From Octopus sinensis (taxonomy: Eukaryota): 64,000 nucleotides of DNA. This document shows, in pieces, positions 23,950 through 36,871 of this stretch (position 1 is its first letter; each line of letters begins with the position of its first letter). The notes under the pieces were generated by a model. It was not told the DNA's origin. It did not search any database and worked only from the letters and a program-made list of their open reading frames with translations. Location: positions 23,684,001-23,748,000 of the forward strand of contig NC_042999.1 in the NCBI RefSeq assembly GCF_006345805.1, given 5' to 3'. The position numbers were made by a program, and so were the translations under genes.

Positions 23950-25409
23950 ATGTCAGTTCCCTACGGATCGAAACTGAGATCTGCAAGAAGGGCTTCTCAT
24001 CAAGATGATGGTCCTACCAATAGTCAGCTCAACGAGCAGTTGCTGTTGTTCAAACAAGAGGTCGAGCACCTAAAGTCTGTTGTTGCTCTCTTACTGAATA
24101 AACAGTCTCCTGTTGACGCAGAGTCACCCTTGATTTCTTCCCTGGAGACGTCCAAACCGAAGGGAACAAAATCGAAGCGGCCAAAGAAGGCGAAAGAACC
24201 GGCGGTCGTTTCTGCACATGATCGTTCCTGTGCGGATTCTTCCCCATCTGCCTTTTCGGTCCCGGAGGTTCCCCAACCGAATTTGAGGAGCGTAGACTCA
24301 AACCCACCTGAAGACCGTTGTTCTCCCCAAAAGAAGAAACGTCGTCAAAACTCCCATGGGGCGGATTTAGCTATGAAACCTGACCACGATAAACAGTCTC
24401 CTGTTGACGCAGAGTCACCCTTGATTTCTTCCCTGGAGACGTCCAAACCGAAGGGAACAAAATCGAAGCGGCCAAAGAAGGCGAAGGAACCGGCGGTCGT
24501 TTCTGCACATGATCGTTCCTGTGCGGATTCTTCCTCATCTGCCTTTTCGGTCCCGGAGGTTCCCCAACCTAATTTGAGGAGCGTAGACTCAAACCCTCCT
24601 GAAGACCGTTGTTCTCCCCCAAAGAAGAAACGTAGTCAAAATTCCAGAGGGGCAGATTTGGCTATGAAACCTGATCACGATAAAATCCGTTTGGATTCTC
24701 CCTCACCTGTCCTTCCCATTAATGCCATTGCTCAACCAATTCTGAACGATCTCGATGTGAGTTCATCTGGGGAGTGGCGCTCCCCCAAACCGAAGAAGAG
24801 GCAGTGCAGTTCCAAACCAGGCGGGAAAATTATGACCACTAAACCCATTCCGATCGACCCCACAGGCCGACATAAGTCCGATGGCTATGAAACCACCCTT
24901 TCGAAATCCTCCAATGAAGAATCGAATACCACAGCTCATAGTAGAGAACATTTTGCCCACTCAAGATCAGCAATAATTTACGGTAAAGCTGAATCCACCC
25001 GTGATACAGGCATAAATCGCCTAAAAGATGACATTAATTTTGTTTCCATTTTAGTTGGAAAATTGTTCTCTGTGAACGAAAATGTCAGTGTCCATAAGGT
25101 CGCTCGGCTAGGAAGATTCCAAGCGAAACCAACCTCAGATACTAGACCACGCCCAATAAGGGTAATCTTCTCTTCCGATCGGGAGGCTTCAGTCTTTCTG
25201 AACAGAGCTCAGACGCATGCCTGGGATGACCCCAATATGGTTTTCGCGAGGAATACTCACTAAGAGAGAGAATTCGCCGGAGAAACCTAATATCCGAACT
25301 AAAGATGAGGAAACAAATGGGAGAGAAGGGTTTACGAATCCAAGATGGACAGATAATCAAGTCCTACCTCTGGTCCCATGCTGTAGTGCTGACAGGGAAA
25401 GTGATGTGA
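23950..25409 (+). CDS. LINE ORF1 with internal 291-bp duplication and one frameshift near 25260
   Basis: 437 aa open to the TAA at 25261; a -1 shift continues LRERIRRRNLISELKMRKQMGEKGLRIQDGQII to TGA at 25407-25409; CR1-type RLG..RPRP motif. Confidence 0.8.
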
Positions 25410-28294
25410 GGGCAAATCGAAGTGAAGTTGATACCCCCGTCAACGATGCTATCTCTGATACCCCTTATTCTGCTTGTTCCCCAACTCCCGCCCCTCAGAC
25501 TTCACAGCTCAGCATCGTCTACACCAACTCGTGCTCCTTATTCCCAAAGTTCAGTGAACTATTTACACTGGCCATACGTGACTCCCCTGATGTGATAGCT
25601 ATCACCGAGACTTGGCTGACTCCAGCAGTAAAGGACTCAGAAATCTACCTGTAGGGCTACGTCCTTTTCAGATGTGACAGAGGAAAAAGGCGAGGTGGAG
25701 GTCTTGCTGTGTATGTTAAGTCTGAGCACAAACCGTCCAGCGGTATTCTACCCACTAATGCTCAGCCTACAACAAAATTCGATGCCGTCTATTGCAAGCT
25801 GAGCCTATCTGAGTTTTGCCTGCCCGTGTTGGCTGTCTACAGGCCGCCTCTTGCCGACCCCCAGGACGATGCTCATTTACTCGAAGCGATAAGATTCGTT
25901 TCAGCTTCGCATGACTGTTTGGTACTAGGCGACTTCAACGCTCCCACGATCGATTGGCCCGCATCAATTTGTACAACATCTTCCCGGTTCGGCCAGGCCC
26001 TTCTTGACGTGGCTGAAGATTGTTTTCTATCGCAACATGTTGAATATCCGACAAGGCATCGGTCTGGGCAGCAGCCATCTATGCTAGATCTGGTATTCTC
26101 CCGCTATCCAAGATCAGTGTCAGACGTATCTGTGTGCGCCCCTCTTGCCAAGAGTGATCATGCGGTCCTGAAGTTCGTCATGCACACAACTTTTTCTGCG
26201 CCCACGACTACTTCGCTGCCACGTAGAGTCTTCTCTGCAATTAATCTTGAAATTCTAACCGAGGCTTCCGCGCTTCTGGACTGGCGATCCCTGATGACGT
26301 TGTCCTCAGTTGACGAACTATGGTCATCCCTCAAAGCATATGTAATCTGTTTGACTGACCAGGCAGTTCCCGTTGGGCTTCCCAAGAGGAAGAAACACAA
26401 GCCCTGGGTGACGAAGAGGGTTAAACGAGAACGTCGACTCAGAGATATTGCTTGGGCTGAATTAAAAAATCTGGATTCGACTGCAGCTTTTGAGGTGTAC
26501 AAAACACAACGAGACCGAGCCGTGAAAATCGAAAAGAAAGAACGCTTCAGTTATGAATACAAAATCGCGGCAAATGCCAGTAGCAATCCAAAAACCTTCT
26601 TTGCCCATGTCCAGCGGAATTCCCGCTTGAACAACCAGATTGCAACGTTGGTAGACTCAACAGGCGTATCGATTGAGGACCCTTATCAACAGAGTCAATT
26701 ATTTGCCGAGGCTTTTTCAACTATTTTCAAACAAGATGATGGTCGTGAACCCCCTCCATTTGATAGATCGGTACCTCCAATGCTTCGATTGGTCATCACA
26801 CGGGACGAAGTCAAACGAGTTATTCAAGGCCTCGATGTCAACAAGGGTCACGGCCCTGACGGCATACACCCACGGGTTATCAAAGCGTTGGCTCCGGTCA
26901 TCTGCGAGCCCTTAACGCGACTATTCAATATGTCATTGGCGACGGGTGTTATACCTGCAGACTGGAGAACAGCGATAATCTGCCCAATTTTCAAGAAAGG
27001 GAGCCGCGAAGATCCGCTTAACTACCGACCGGTTTCCCTTACATCAATAATCAGCAAGATGTTCGAAATCATCCTTAAGAAAAGTATGATGCTCCACCTC
27101 CTAAACACAGCCTCTATCTCTGATTCCCAACACGGCTTCGTGCCGAAGAGATCATGCTTGACCAACTTACTAGTAATGGAAGAATTGGTGACGCGCATCC
27201 TCGATGATAGTGATGCTGTTGACATCGTTTTACTGGACTTTGCCAAAGCTTTTGACTCGGTAAACCACCGCCTATTACTTGTCAAGCTTCAAGCATATAG
27301 TTTCCATCCGGATATTGTACGATGGGTTGGTGCCTTCCTCTCAGATCGCTCCTTCCAAGTCCAAGTTAATGGTTCGCGGTCCGACGTCTCCAGTGCGAGC
27401 AGTGGCGTGCCTCAAGGTTCAGTGCTTGGGCCCTTGTTGTTCTTAGTCTTCATAAATGACTTGCCCGACGACCTCACGCAACACACCCTTCTATTTGCCG
27501 ACGATATCAAACTGGTCGCTCCTCGCGGTAATATAGAGGATCTTCGTCGATGCCTCCACCAAATTTGGAAGTGGTCTAACGATTGGGACCTGTGTCTGAA
27601 CGTGTCAAAGTGCTGTCATCTGCCTGTCGGCTCTACTCCTGCAACTCAACTTGATTTCGAGCCGGGTCGTCTGCTGCTGGAGAGGACCGATCAGGTAAAG
27701 GACCTAGGTATCTTGGTGGATTCCTCCTTTTCGCCTTCGGCCCAGTGCGTTCATGCTGCCAACAAAGCACGCGGAATTCTGTTCTTGATTCGACGGTCAT
27801 TCGGAATGCTCACAGCAGCCACATTCCTACCGCTCTATGTCACGCTGGTGAGACCCATATTGGAGTATGGGATTCAAGCCTCTTCTCCTTATCTCCTCAA
27901 AGACATACAGCATCTCGAAAGAGTCCAGAAGCTGGCTACCCGCATGGTTCATGGTCTCAAAAATTTGTCCTACGAAGAAAGGCTGAGGACGCTCGACCTT
28001 TATTCTCTTGAAAAACGCCGCCGCCGTAGTGATCTCATTCTCGCCCACAACATCATAAGCGGAAAGTGTAACCTCTCGAAAGAGCTGTTCTTCACTCCTG
28101 CTCCAGAGCGTCGGCTGCGGGGTCATTCCGAAAAGCTCTACCTGCGACGATTTCATCTCAATCGAAGGAGAGGAGCTTTCTCCGTCCGGGTTGCGGATCC
28201 GTGGAACAAGCTGCCAGACGAGATGGTGAAGATGCCGACGACCGCTTTGTTCAAAGCCTCCCTGGACCTCAAGTGGCCTGAACTCTTTACATGA
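25410..28294 (+). CDS. LINE ORF2 (AP endonuclease + reverse transcriptase) with a single in-frame TAG at 25652-25654; start approximate
   Basis: APE motifs YTN, AITETW, GDFN, LDL, SDH; RT motifs YRPVSLTS, QHGF, DFAKAFD, GVPQGSVLGP, LFADD; CR1-type C-terminus RGHSEKL..FSVRV..WNKLP. Confidence 0.93.
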
Positions 28295-29009
28295 ACACCA
28301 CCCTGTACTTAACTCCATGTCCCCCTACATGGCCTTGCTATTTGCTTTTGAGCCAAATTAACTAACTAACTAACTAACTAACAGTCCTTTATCCCAGCCA
28401 TTTTCAATGCTACAATTTGTTCACATGTTGTATGAGCCACCATATTTAATTAAGGGCGAACAATAAAACAAAAGAACGTTAACAAACGCTATGCAACATC
28501 TGCAACTATGTTTACAAATAAGACTGCTTTGATTTATGTTTGAATAATGAATAATTAATTGTTTACATAATGGGTAAATGTATATGACACACCCAGTGTA
28601 TTCTATTCTCAGTGGGTCAATCTTTATGAGATCTTTGCTCTCTTCTGCCAGCAGATCACCGAATGGGGATCGATAAAATAAGACTCTGCCATCACACCGG
28701 GGTTCGAATTGATAAATAATATAATATGCTCTGCATGATATTTGAGATTGAAAAAAGAACATTGAGTGCAAAGAAATTTGAACAAGTTGGATACACAAGT
28801 AGCAAGTACAGAAGAACTGAAACCAACAATGATAGACAGGTGGAAAGAGACAATGGTTGGAATGATGTTAAAATTGAATATTCATAAGGCGGCGCGCTGG
28901 CAGAAACGTTAGCACGCCGGGCGAGATGCTTATCGGTATTTAGTCTGCCGTTACGTTCTGAGTTCAAATTCCGCCGATGTTGACTTTGCCTTTCATCCTT
29001 TCGGGCATT

Positions 29010-30830
29010 TCTTCTTCTTCTTGTTGTGTTGGCAGCCAGAAGATCTATTATTAAATTTGATGATAAGTTGTGGGCCCGTAAAGACACACCAGATAGTTTC
29101 GATATACCAATGGGAAGTTCTGATTCAGCACAGATAGCTGATTTGGTCTGTATATATATTCTTTTTGAAATGGCTGAAGAGTTCCCTAGCATTTATGGAG
29201 GTCTATATCGTGATGATTGTTTACTTAACCTCCAAAATGTTTCCAACCAAAAGGTACAAAAAGTTAAGAATAGTTTAGTTAATTTTCTCACTAGAATGGG
29301 TTAAAAATCGTTTTTGATGACGATATGACGAAGGCCAACTTTTTAGATATTACGCTTAATTTACACAGTGATTCTTACTTCCCATATCGTAAACCGTTGA
29401 CCAATCTAAAGTACATTAGCAAATTTAGTAATCATCCTGGAGCAATTACTTAGAACTTAGTTAAGAATATTTCATTTAGATTATCTAAATTATCTGCTAA
29501 TGTTGATATGTTCAATAATAACGCTGAATTCTATAACTCTGCCTTAATTAAAGCAGGTTATACAGAGAAAAGTTTCTACATTGATTCTGCTCAGTCTAAT
29601 TGTAAATTCAATAATGTAGATAAGATTTCTAGTCGTAAAAGAATTATTGATAACAAACATAACTTACGCACCGATACAAAGCGAATGAAGGCAGATAACC
29701 CTTATTTAATCCCCTATTATCGATCTAAAAGTAAATATAACACCTTCAAAAGTAATTACGCTATGAATACTAGTAAAAATATTTGGTTAATAATTCCTTA
29801 CGGGAGACAAATTAAATCTAATCTCCCACTGCTGTTTCGTCAAGCTATTGCTAGGAATTTTCCAAACAATTCTAGATATTACTCTATTATCAATTCACAT
29901 ATGGTTAGGATAGGTTTTTCAAACACAAAAATATCTTGCAAATTATCTCTTCACATAATAACAAGCTGTTAAATATTAATACATTTACTAATACTAACAT
30001 TAATTTAGCTAATACTATCCAACCCTCTAGAAATATTAATAACAAGGTTATTGTATCTGAAATCAATTCCAATAGAATTAAAATTTATGTCAAGTAACTC
30101 TAAGATTAAAAATTCTATATACCAGTGTATAATCAGTACTCGTAATAAAGTACAATTTTACATTGGAAGCACATCGTTAGAGTTATCTAAAAGAATTTCT
30201 ATCCATTACTCAACATTTAGGGATAGAAATAAACGTAATAGTACCGGTCTCAGCAAATTGATTTGGGATTTAAAAGACCACAATGAAAAATTTCATTTAG
30301 AATAGTTGATTCTCTCAATTTCGATACCATATGACAAAGGCAAGGAATTCTGTCTTCTCTGCAATTCTGAGTTATTTTTCATTATTTTTTCTAAAAATTA
30401 CTCTAGTAAACACGGTTATAGGGCAACCATACAGATGTAAGCATTGGCAAAAACATACATTTAGTGAATATAAGTAGCCTCTATCATTATATATAATTGA
30501 AACTTTAATTTCCTTTATATTTAACATTCACTATTAATATCCCTACTCTTTCTGTTAGCTACTTATGACGTTATATCATATAACGTTTTTTTTTAAACAA
30601 TATTAATAGCGTTCTGTCTATCGCTATACAAATCCATCATTTTTTGCTAAAATGTCTTATTGACGAGTTCCGCTTTTTTCACTTTCCTGAGAAGATTGCA
30701 TTGTTTATACCATTTATTCTTTGAATAGTATCAGTGGAATTTTCGAAACATGTGTCGAAAATAAAAATATTTGATTACACCTGCGTTAAACTCCATTTAT
30801 TTATTCATTATTATTCAAAATATTCCACGT
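29010..30830 (+). mobile_element. Decayed Penelope-like element: RT core, C-terminal GIY-YIG endonuclease, 3' pLTR
   Basis: FDIPMGSSDSAQIADLV, GLYRDD, NFLDITLNL; IYQC..FYIGST..KRISIH..CLLC; several stops and frameshifts; hammerhead-like motif at 30683-30760. Confidence 0.85.
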
Positions 30831-32593
30831 AAACACGAAGTTTCTACCTTTATAAACAAGGAGTTACAACATCTTTACTTGTGAGATTTTTGCTACCCTG
30901 GTAACTATTTATTTATTTTTTCCGTGTTAATTGTTAACAAGGTAAAATACAACATCTTTTTTATATATATAATATATGTATATATATGTGTATGTATGTT
31001 AAGGTGAAAAGGAACACACGAGTTGATATATATGGGAAAAAAGTCAAAGTAGAACATTCGAAAATCCTAAAGTAATTTTATAAAAAACATTTCAGTACCG
31101 GTTCCAGTCATTGAGACTTTTTCAACTGTAAGTATGGAAAACAATTAAATTTTGGAAAAATTAAAAGAAAAGTTTTTTAAATGAATATTTGCATAGTATT
31201 CAAATACAAGGGGCATTTTCCTTGTTTCTGCCTGTCTCTGTCTCTCTTGTTTACTATTGTGGTTTCGAAAGAAAAAAGCAACAAAAATGGATCAATATTT
31301 CGGTACAATTGTTTCGTACGAAGACCACCTTTATTAAGGCTGCAAATATTGCAGCAAAAACACGTGACCCGTACTCATCAGCCGAAAAAACATCTGAGTT
31401 CTCAAAACATCTAAGGGGTTGAGGCTACACTCATGAAACATTCGGGATAGTTCTATAAAAATCAGATTTAGATAATAAACGAACTTCCAAAGTTCTTTAA
31501 TGTTGCACTATCAAATAACAGGCTTTAAAAAAGTATTAAAAAAACCTCTTAGTTTCACAGAAATTGAAAATGTAAATCCATCCATAATAATGAAGTATGT
31601 TTGAATTCTGGAGATATGAGGAGAGATTTCATAATCACAGACGATGTATTTATCCATAATTAGTTCATAATAAAGTGGGTTTCCTGATGTATGATTGTAA
31701 GCTGGTTGCATTTCTGATCATTTCTCAAAACTGCTATGTTAGAATTTGTTGAATGAAATTTAGTGGAGCGTATAGACAATCACTCACAAAGGGTATAAAG
31801 GGTTAACTGAGAAGAAATGGTGTTGTAAATATCCACTCACGCAGAATAGTTTATCTCAGTGGAGACAAGCTGACTGGATCAGAATTTGTAAGAATCTAAG
31901 AGTTTTAAAAAAAGGAAAGCTAATCTTGACCAGTATTCCGTTGTTAATTGCTATATAAAGAGGACAAGGGAAGTTAAAGGCGGGTCAAAAGGTTATCACT
32001 ATAGGAAAAAGTATTAGCAGATTTCAGTGCAACACTAGAAAGGAGGTCATTCAATTAATTTCTTTATTTATTAATGTTACTACTTATACAGTGGCAGACT
32101 TTGGGACTGCATTTAGGGGTCAAAAGAAAGAATTGGGAGTATTGTTTTTCATAATGAAAAATCGTTATATTATTTCTATGGGATTAGCTTTAATTTACTT
32201 ATAGTATATAAAAGAATTACGAAGTTTTATTAACTTATTTGCTTTAAGTTGGTTTCCCTAAATTAGAAAAAATTTAGATGAAATTAATTTAAATTATCTA
32301 TATGGTCTATTAGAATGAAAGTTTTTTAGCAGCTGATTTATTTCTTTATATTCCAAATCTGGTACATTTAGAGAGAAAATAACCATAGCTTATGAACTTG
32401 CAGCTGTCTATTTAAAATAAAAATATAAGAGTATTGCTATATTATTATAATAAGCAAGAAAGACAAATCACCAAATGGTTTTTATATACGGTTGTCATTT
32501 AAATTTATAATACCATATAGATTTCTGGTGCATCTAAGTTAAGTATCTCATTCATGTGAATTCAACAGAACTCACTTGAATCTTAATTGCTTT

Positions 32594-32637
<44 letters not shown>

Positions 32638-33149
32638 GTAAGTCAATACATACACCACCTACGATTCACTATTGTTCCCCACTATTATTCGAAGCCGGAA
32701 TAGTAGCACCTATTCCCAGCTATAAAACGATAAGCATATCACGGATAAATTTCAGGCACAAAGCTTCACTGTCTTATGAGTGCTTTGGGAAAGGGAAAGA
32801 CTAGGGAGTCAGCTTTGCTAACAGATCAAGGAGTAGAGTCTCCGAAGCAGTTCAGTATCCTCTTTGACACCCTTCCGGCAATTCCAGGGCAGGTGGAGCA
32901 CTCCAGCCTATAAGGCAATTCACCTAAGAGAAGGCAGTTCCTATATAAAATCTACAACCTAATGATAACCGCAGCTCTCTAAATCCACTGAGCTGCAGTG
33001 ATCAGATCTACAAAAGTCTAAATAGTGGGAAAGGACTGATTCCCACTTTAAAACTACTAAGTGCAGGAATGAAGAAATGATGAGCAGTACTGAAGATCGG
33101 TTTACTTAGCTACATGAAGGCGTGTTGCTCTTACTCAATCTCCGGACAC

Positions 33150-33270
33150 GAAAGAGCCACCATCATCAAATATGCCTCTCCCGTCTTCTCTCCAGGGAGT
33201 AGAGTCTTAGCTGTTTCAACCTTTCCCAGTAGCTGAGCTGTTGCAAAGAGACATTCTTTTTTGTGAATCT
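33150..33270 (-). mobile_element. CR1/L2 RT C-terminal fragment
   Basis: LSYWERLKQLRLYSLERRRER. Confidence 0.65.
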
Positions 33271-34378
33271 TGCAGTTTGTTTGATATTTCATTTTTAAAC
33301 AAGTTTTACCGATTTTTCTAGGGTATCTTCAGTCTCTCTTAAACTGTATTTCCTTACTATTGACAAGCAAAACATTGTTGAAACCGGTATGGTATTATAA
33401 TACATTTGCTTAAAAAATTAAAAACTACAATTCGTTTTCAACGCAGATACATTTCCAACCCTACATTTGTTCCTGTGTGGGAATATATCTATTTTCTTCA
33501 AATATTTTTATGTATGTATGTATATATGTATGTATATATTTGTATGTGAATGAGTGTGTGCGTGCATGTATGTTTGTATGTTTATGTTTATATATACACA
33601 CGTATCTGTCTATATCATTGTATATAACTTACACATAATTATGTCTATGTATATCTACACATGCAAGAATACAAGACACTTTTATTATCATGGAGTTTTT
33701 AGTTAAATTATACCAAGAAATTTACAGAGCTCAGAGTGAGGCCGGTTGGATGATTGTCGTAGATATATTTAATAAGAACATTCAAATAGTTTTATAACAA
33801 AGTTAAGAATAAGGTATGGCAAACAAATATTTTCAAATGCGTCAATTAATTATTAGAAACAATTTAACTGCAAAAGCAAGACATCAACAGCAGTAGCAAG
33901 TGGAGGAGCAATGGCACAATGGTTAGGGCAGCGGACTCGAGGTCGGAGGATCGCGGTTTCGATTCCCAGAGCGGGCGTTGTGTGTGTTTATTGAGCGAAA
34001 ACACCTAAAGCTCCACGAGGCTCCAGCAGGGCGTGGTGGCGACCCCTGTTGTACTCTTTCGCCCCAACTTTCTCTCACTCTTTCTTCCTGTTTCTTGTCC
34101 CCGACTTCCTACGCAACCGCTGAGCCTGGACGCGCATTCATCCATCCGTCGATGCTCTCGGTGTCGGGGGTTGACCTGCTTTCTCTTCTGCGGGTCTTAC
34201 GAATAGCAAAGGATTACGTTTCGGACTTCTCCCAAGGACGAAGACCGCTTCGCTCAACAAACAAACAAACAGCAGCAGCAATTTCTAATAACCACAACAA
34301 GATTTTAAAGACGAAACATATTTAAAAGAAGAATTTAAAGAAAGACTAAGAATTCTTTTTTAATAGATATTTAGACTC

Positions 34379-34384
34379 TTTATT
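34379..34384 (-). terminator. Polyadenylation signal AATAAA, inverted copy
   Basis: tttatt on the + strand, same spacing from the stop codon as in gene A. Confidence 0.45.
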
Positions 34385-34431
34385 TGTGCTTGTACATATA
34401 ATGGTTTACTTGACGTAATTTAGGATATAGG

Positions 34432-34445
34432 TCATTCAGAAAAAC
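34432..34445 (-). CDS. Inverted copy of the GFSE* terminal exon; candidate terminal exon of gene B
   Basis: tgcag|GT TTT TCT GAA TGA intact on the minus strand, AATAAA at 34384-34379; phase 1 matches the donor at 37962. Confidence 0.45.
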
Positions 34446-34608
34446 CTGCAAAGTATTGAAAAATGAAAAAACTTTAGAAATCTTTAAAACATATCAATAT
34501 TTATCTATATAATATACAATGTCTTCAATTCAAATACAGGGAAGCAAGCAAGCGGAGAACTAAACAAAGTGAAGCAAATTTGATAGATAGATAGATAGAT
34601 AGATAGAG

Positions 34609-34662
<54 letters not shown>

Positions 34663-35364
34663 CCAAACACAGACAGATAACTACATTTTACTCTTAAAGA
34701 ACCTTAAAAGATAAGAAATATAATGGTTAGCTCGGCTCTACGAGGAGGTGGTGATCGTTAGAACACCTTCGATCACAAGTCCACTCAGTCGAGTGAATTG
34801 CGATTAAGAAGAACAATGCAACTGTTAAATAATTAATGCAATTGTTATATGAATAACTAATTTATTCACAAACTAATAATATCTAACGTGATTTTTTTAA
34901 TTGTCTTCAATGTGTGCAGCGTGTAAAGTCCGTCTCAGAATTCACAATAGAAATACGGCTCCCTAATAATAATCCATTCTACTAGAAGCACAAGGCCTGT
35001 AATTTGGGATATACGGAACTAGTCGATTACATCAACCCTTGTACTCAACTATTTGTTATTTCATCGACCCCGGTGCGCAACTGGTTGTTATTTCATCGAC
35101 CCCGAATGGATAAAAGGTAAAGTCGATCTCGGCGGAATTTGAACTCAGAACGTAAGGAAGAAAAAATGCTGCTAAACATTATACCAGTTTGCCACTTCCG
35201 AATGTCAAATAACATCCTTTCTGCTAAAGGTAAAATGTCTGAAACGTTGAGGGAGGGACTAGATGATTACAGCTGATGCATATTCTGTAAACCACCGAAA
35301 GGCAAATGCAGCCTCGGTGGAACTTGATTTCATGAATGTCCAATAATATCGAGAGTAAACTTAC

Positions 35365-35442
35365 CAACGTATACTGTGTCTTCGTCACCATACAAACCAT
35401 GATGCTTTATTGCATGTTCGAAGATATGACATTGCTATTTAG
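35365..35442 (-). pseudogene. Truncated, stop-containing copy of the PAN2 exon 3' part
   Basis: Reverse complement matches about 16165-16241; AAG changed to TAG in frame; 5' part and acceptor absent; donor retained. Confidence 0.8.
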
Positions 35443-35795
35443 GAGCCTCTCCTGATGGTTACCGCACGCACACACACATATGTGTGTGTGTGTGTGTGTG
35501 CAATCACATGTCCTCGTCATTAGAGCAGGAGACTCGCGGTCTAGGGATCGAAGATTCGAATCTCCGAACGGGCGATGTGTGTGTTTATGAAGGAAACTCA
35601 TCAGTTCCACGCGGCCCCTGCAGTAGATAATGGCGAACTACAACCGACTCTTTCAACTCAACTTTCTCTCAGTTTTTCTTCTGGCATCTAGCAGCTCACC
35701 TGCGACGGACCGATGTCCCTGCCGGATGGGGAACCTACTCCAATGAAACCGGGGAACCGGCCCTTATGAGCCAGGCATGGATCGAGAAGGAACGA

Positions 35796-35877
<82 letters not shown>

Positions 35878-35878
<1 letters not shown>

Positions 35879-36033
35879 GGAGTGGTTGGCGTTAGGAAGG
35901 GCATCCAGCCGTAGAAACACTGCCAGATTTGACTGGGCCTGATGAAGCCTTCTGGCTTCACAGACCCCAGTAGAACCGTCCAACCATGCTAGCATGGAAA
36001 ACGGACGCTAAATGATGATGATGATGATGATGA

Positions 36034-36037
<4 letters not shown>
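35878..36037 (+). mobile_element. RTE-type 3' UTR/SINE tail ending in (GAT)n
   Basis: ggttggcgttaggaagggcatccagccgtagaaac..ggacgctaaatgatgatg. Confidence 0.6.
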
Positions 36038-36080
<43 letters not shown>

Positions 36081-36210
36081 ATATACACTTAGAAAAGAAT
36101 GCGTGGCGTTCGATCATATATTAATATAAATGATATAAAATATATGCATATTTACATACATATATGTATATACCTAATTATTCTTCTCTTTTTCACTGTG
36201 CTCTCTTTCC

Positions 36211-36257
<47 letters not shown>

Positions 36258-36789
36258 CCTCCTTGACTCTCTCGTTGCTGACACATGACGAAAGGGAATC
36301 TATCTTTCTTTCCATTTCTCTCCTAAAGTCAGAACTGTCTCCTCTCAAAGCTCGTCCTCCTAGCGTTCATAATAATTTTTCTATCATCTTGGCTCAACAG
36401 CCTTCACCGTTTGTTTTTACTGTCTTGTTTTCACTGTCCTGTTCTTGTTACCACTTTCACCCTCCGCAAAAAATCCCAAAATTTATTTGATTTACTTTTC
36501 GGGAAGTACTGTTACAACGAAGTCGCGTATTGTCCTTGCCTTCGCGGAGCAGTGTAGATGAAACAGGGACAACTAATGAAGGGGAATATTCTTTATGTTG
36601 CATATCTCGTTTCTCTGTATTTTTCGATGTTCGAAAAATAGTACGTTTTCTAAATTTTCGTTTTTATGTTTTCGTTTCTTATTGTGTTTAACGTTTTTTT
36701 GATGTCCATAAGCAGGTATGCATGTATATATACATATATATGTAGGTATGTATTTATATGTATGTATATATGCATATATTATACATATT

Positions 36790-36871
<82 letters not shown>

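Larger units (their letters stand above)
23745..28382 (+). mobile_element. Near-full-length CR1/L2-group LINE (ORF1 + APE-RT ORF2, (TAAC)6 tail)
   Basis: GC-rich island with two long ORFs and a 3' tail of six TAAC units at 28359-28382; 5' boundary approximate; no convincing TSD. Confidence 0.92.
30990..35442 (-). repeat. Right arm of large inverted duplication
   Basis: Matches 16165-19330 with indels: about 0.87 kb and 1.3 kb extra here; about 0.95 kb including two SINEs extra on the left. The match below about 32640 could reflect dispersed repeat copies. Confidence 0.85.

Noticed and set aside
35935-35960. CTGATGA followed by the hairpin gaagcc-ttct-ggcttc
   Set aside because: No GAAA or stem III follows; it is part of an RTE-type 3' tail
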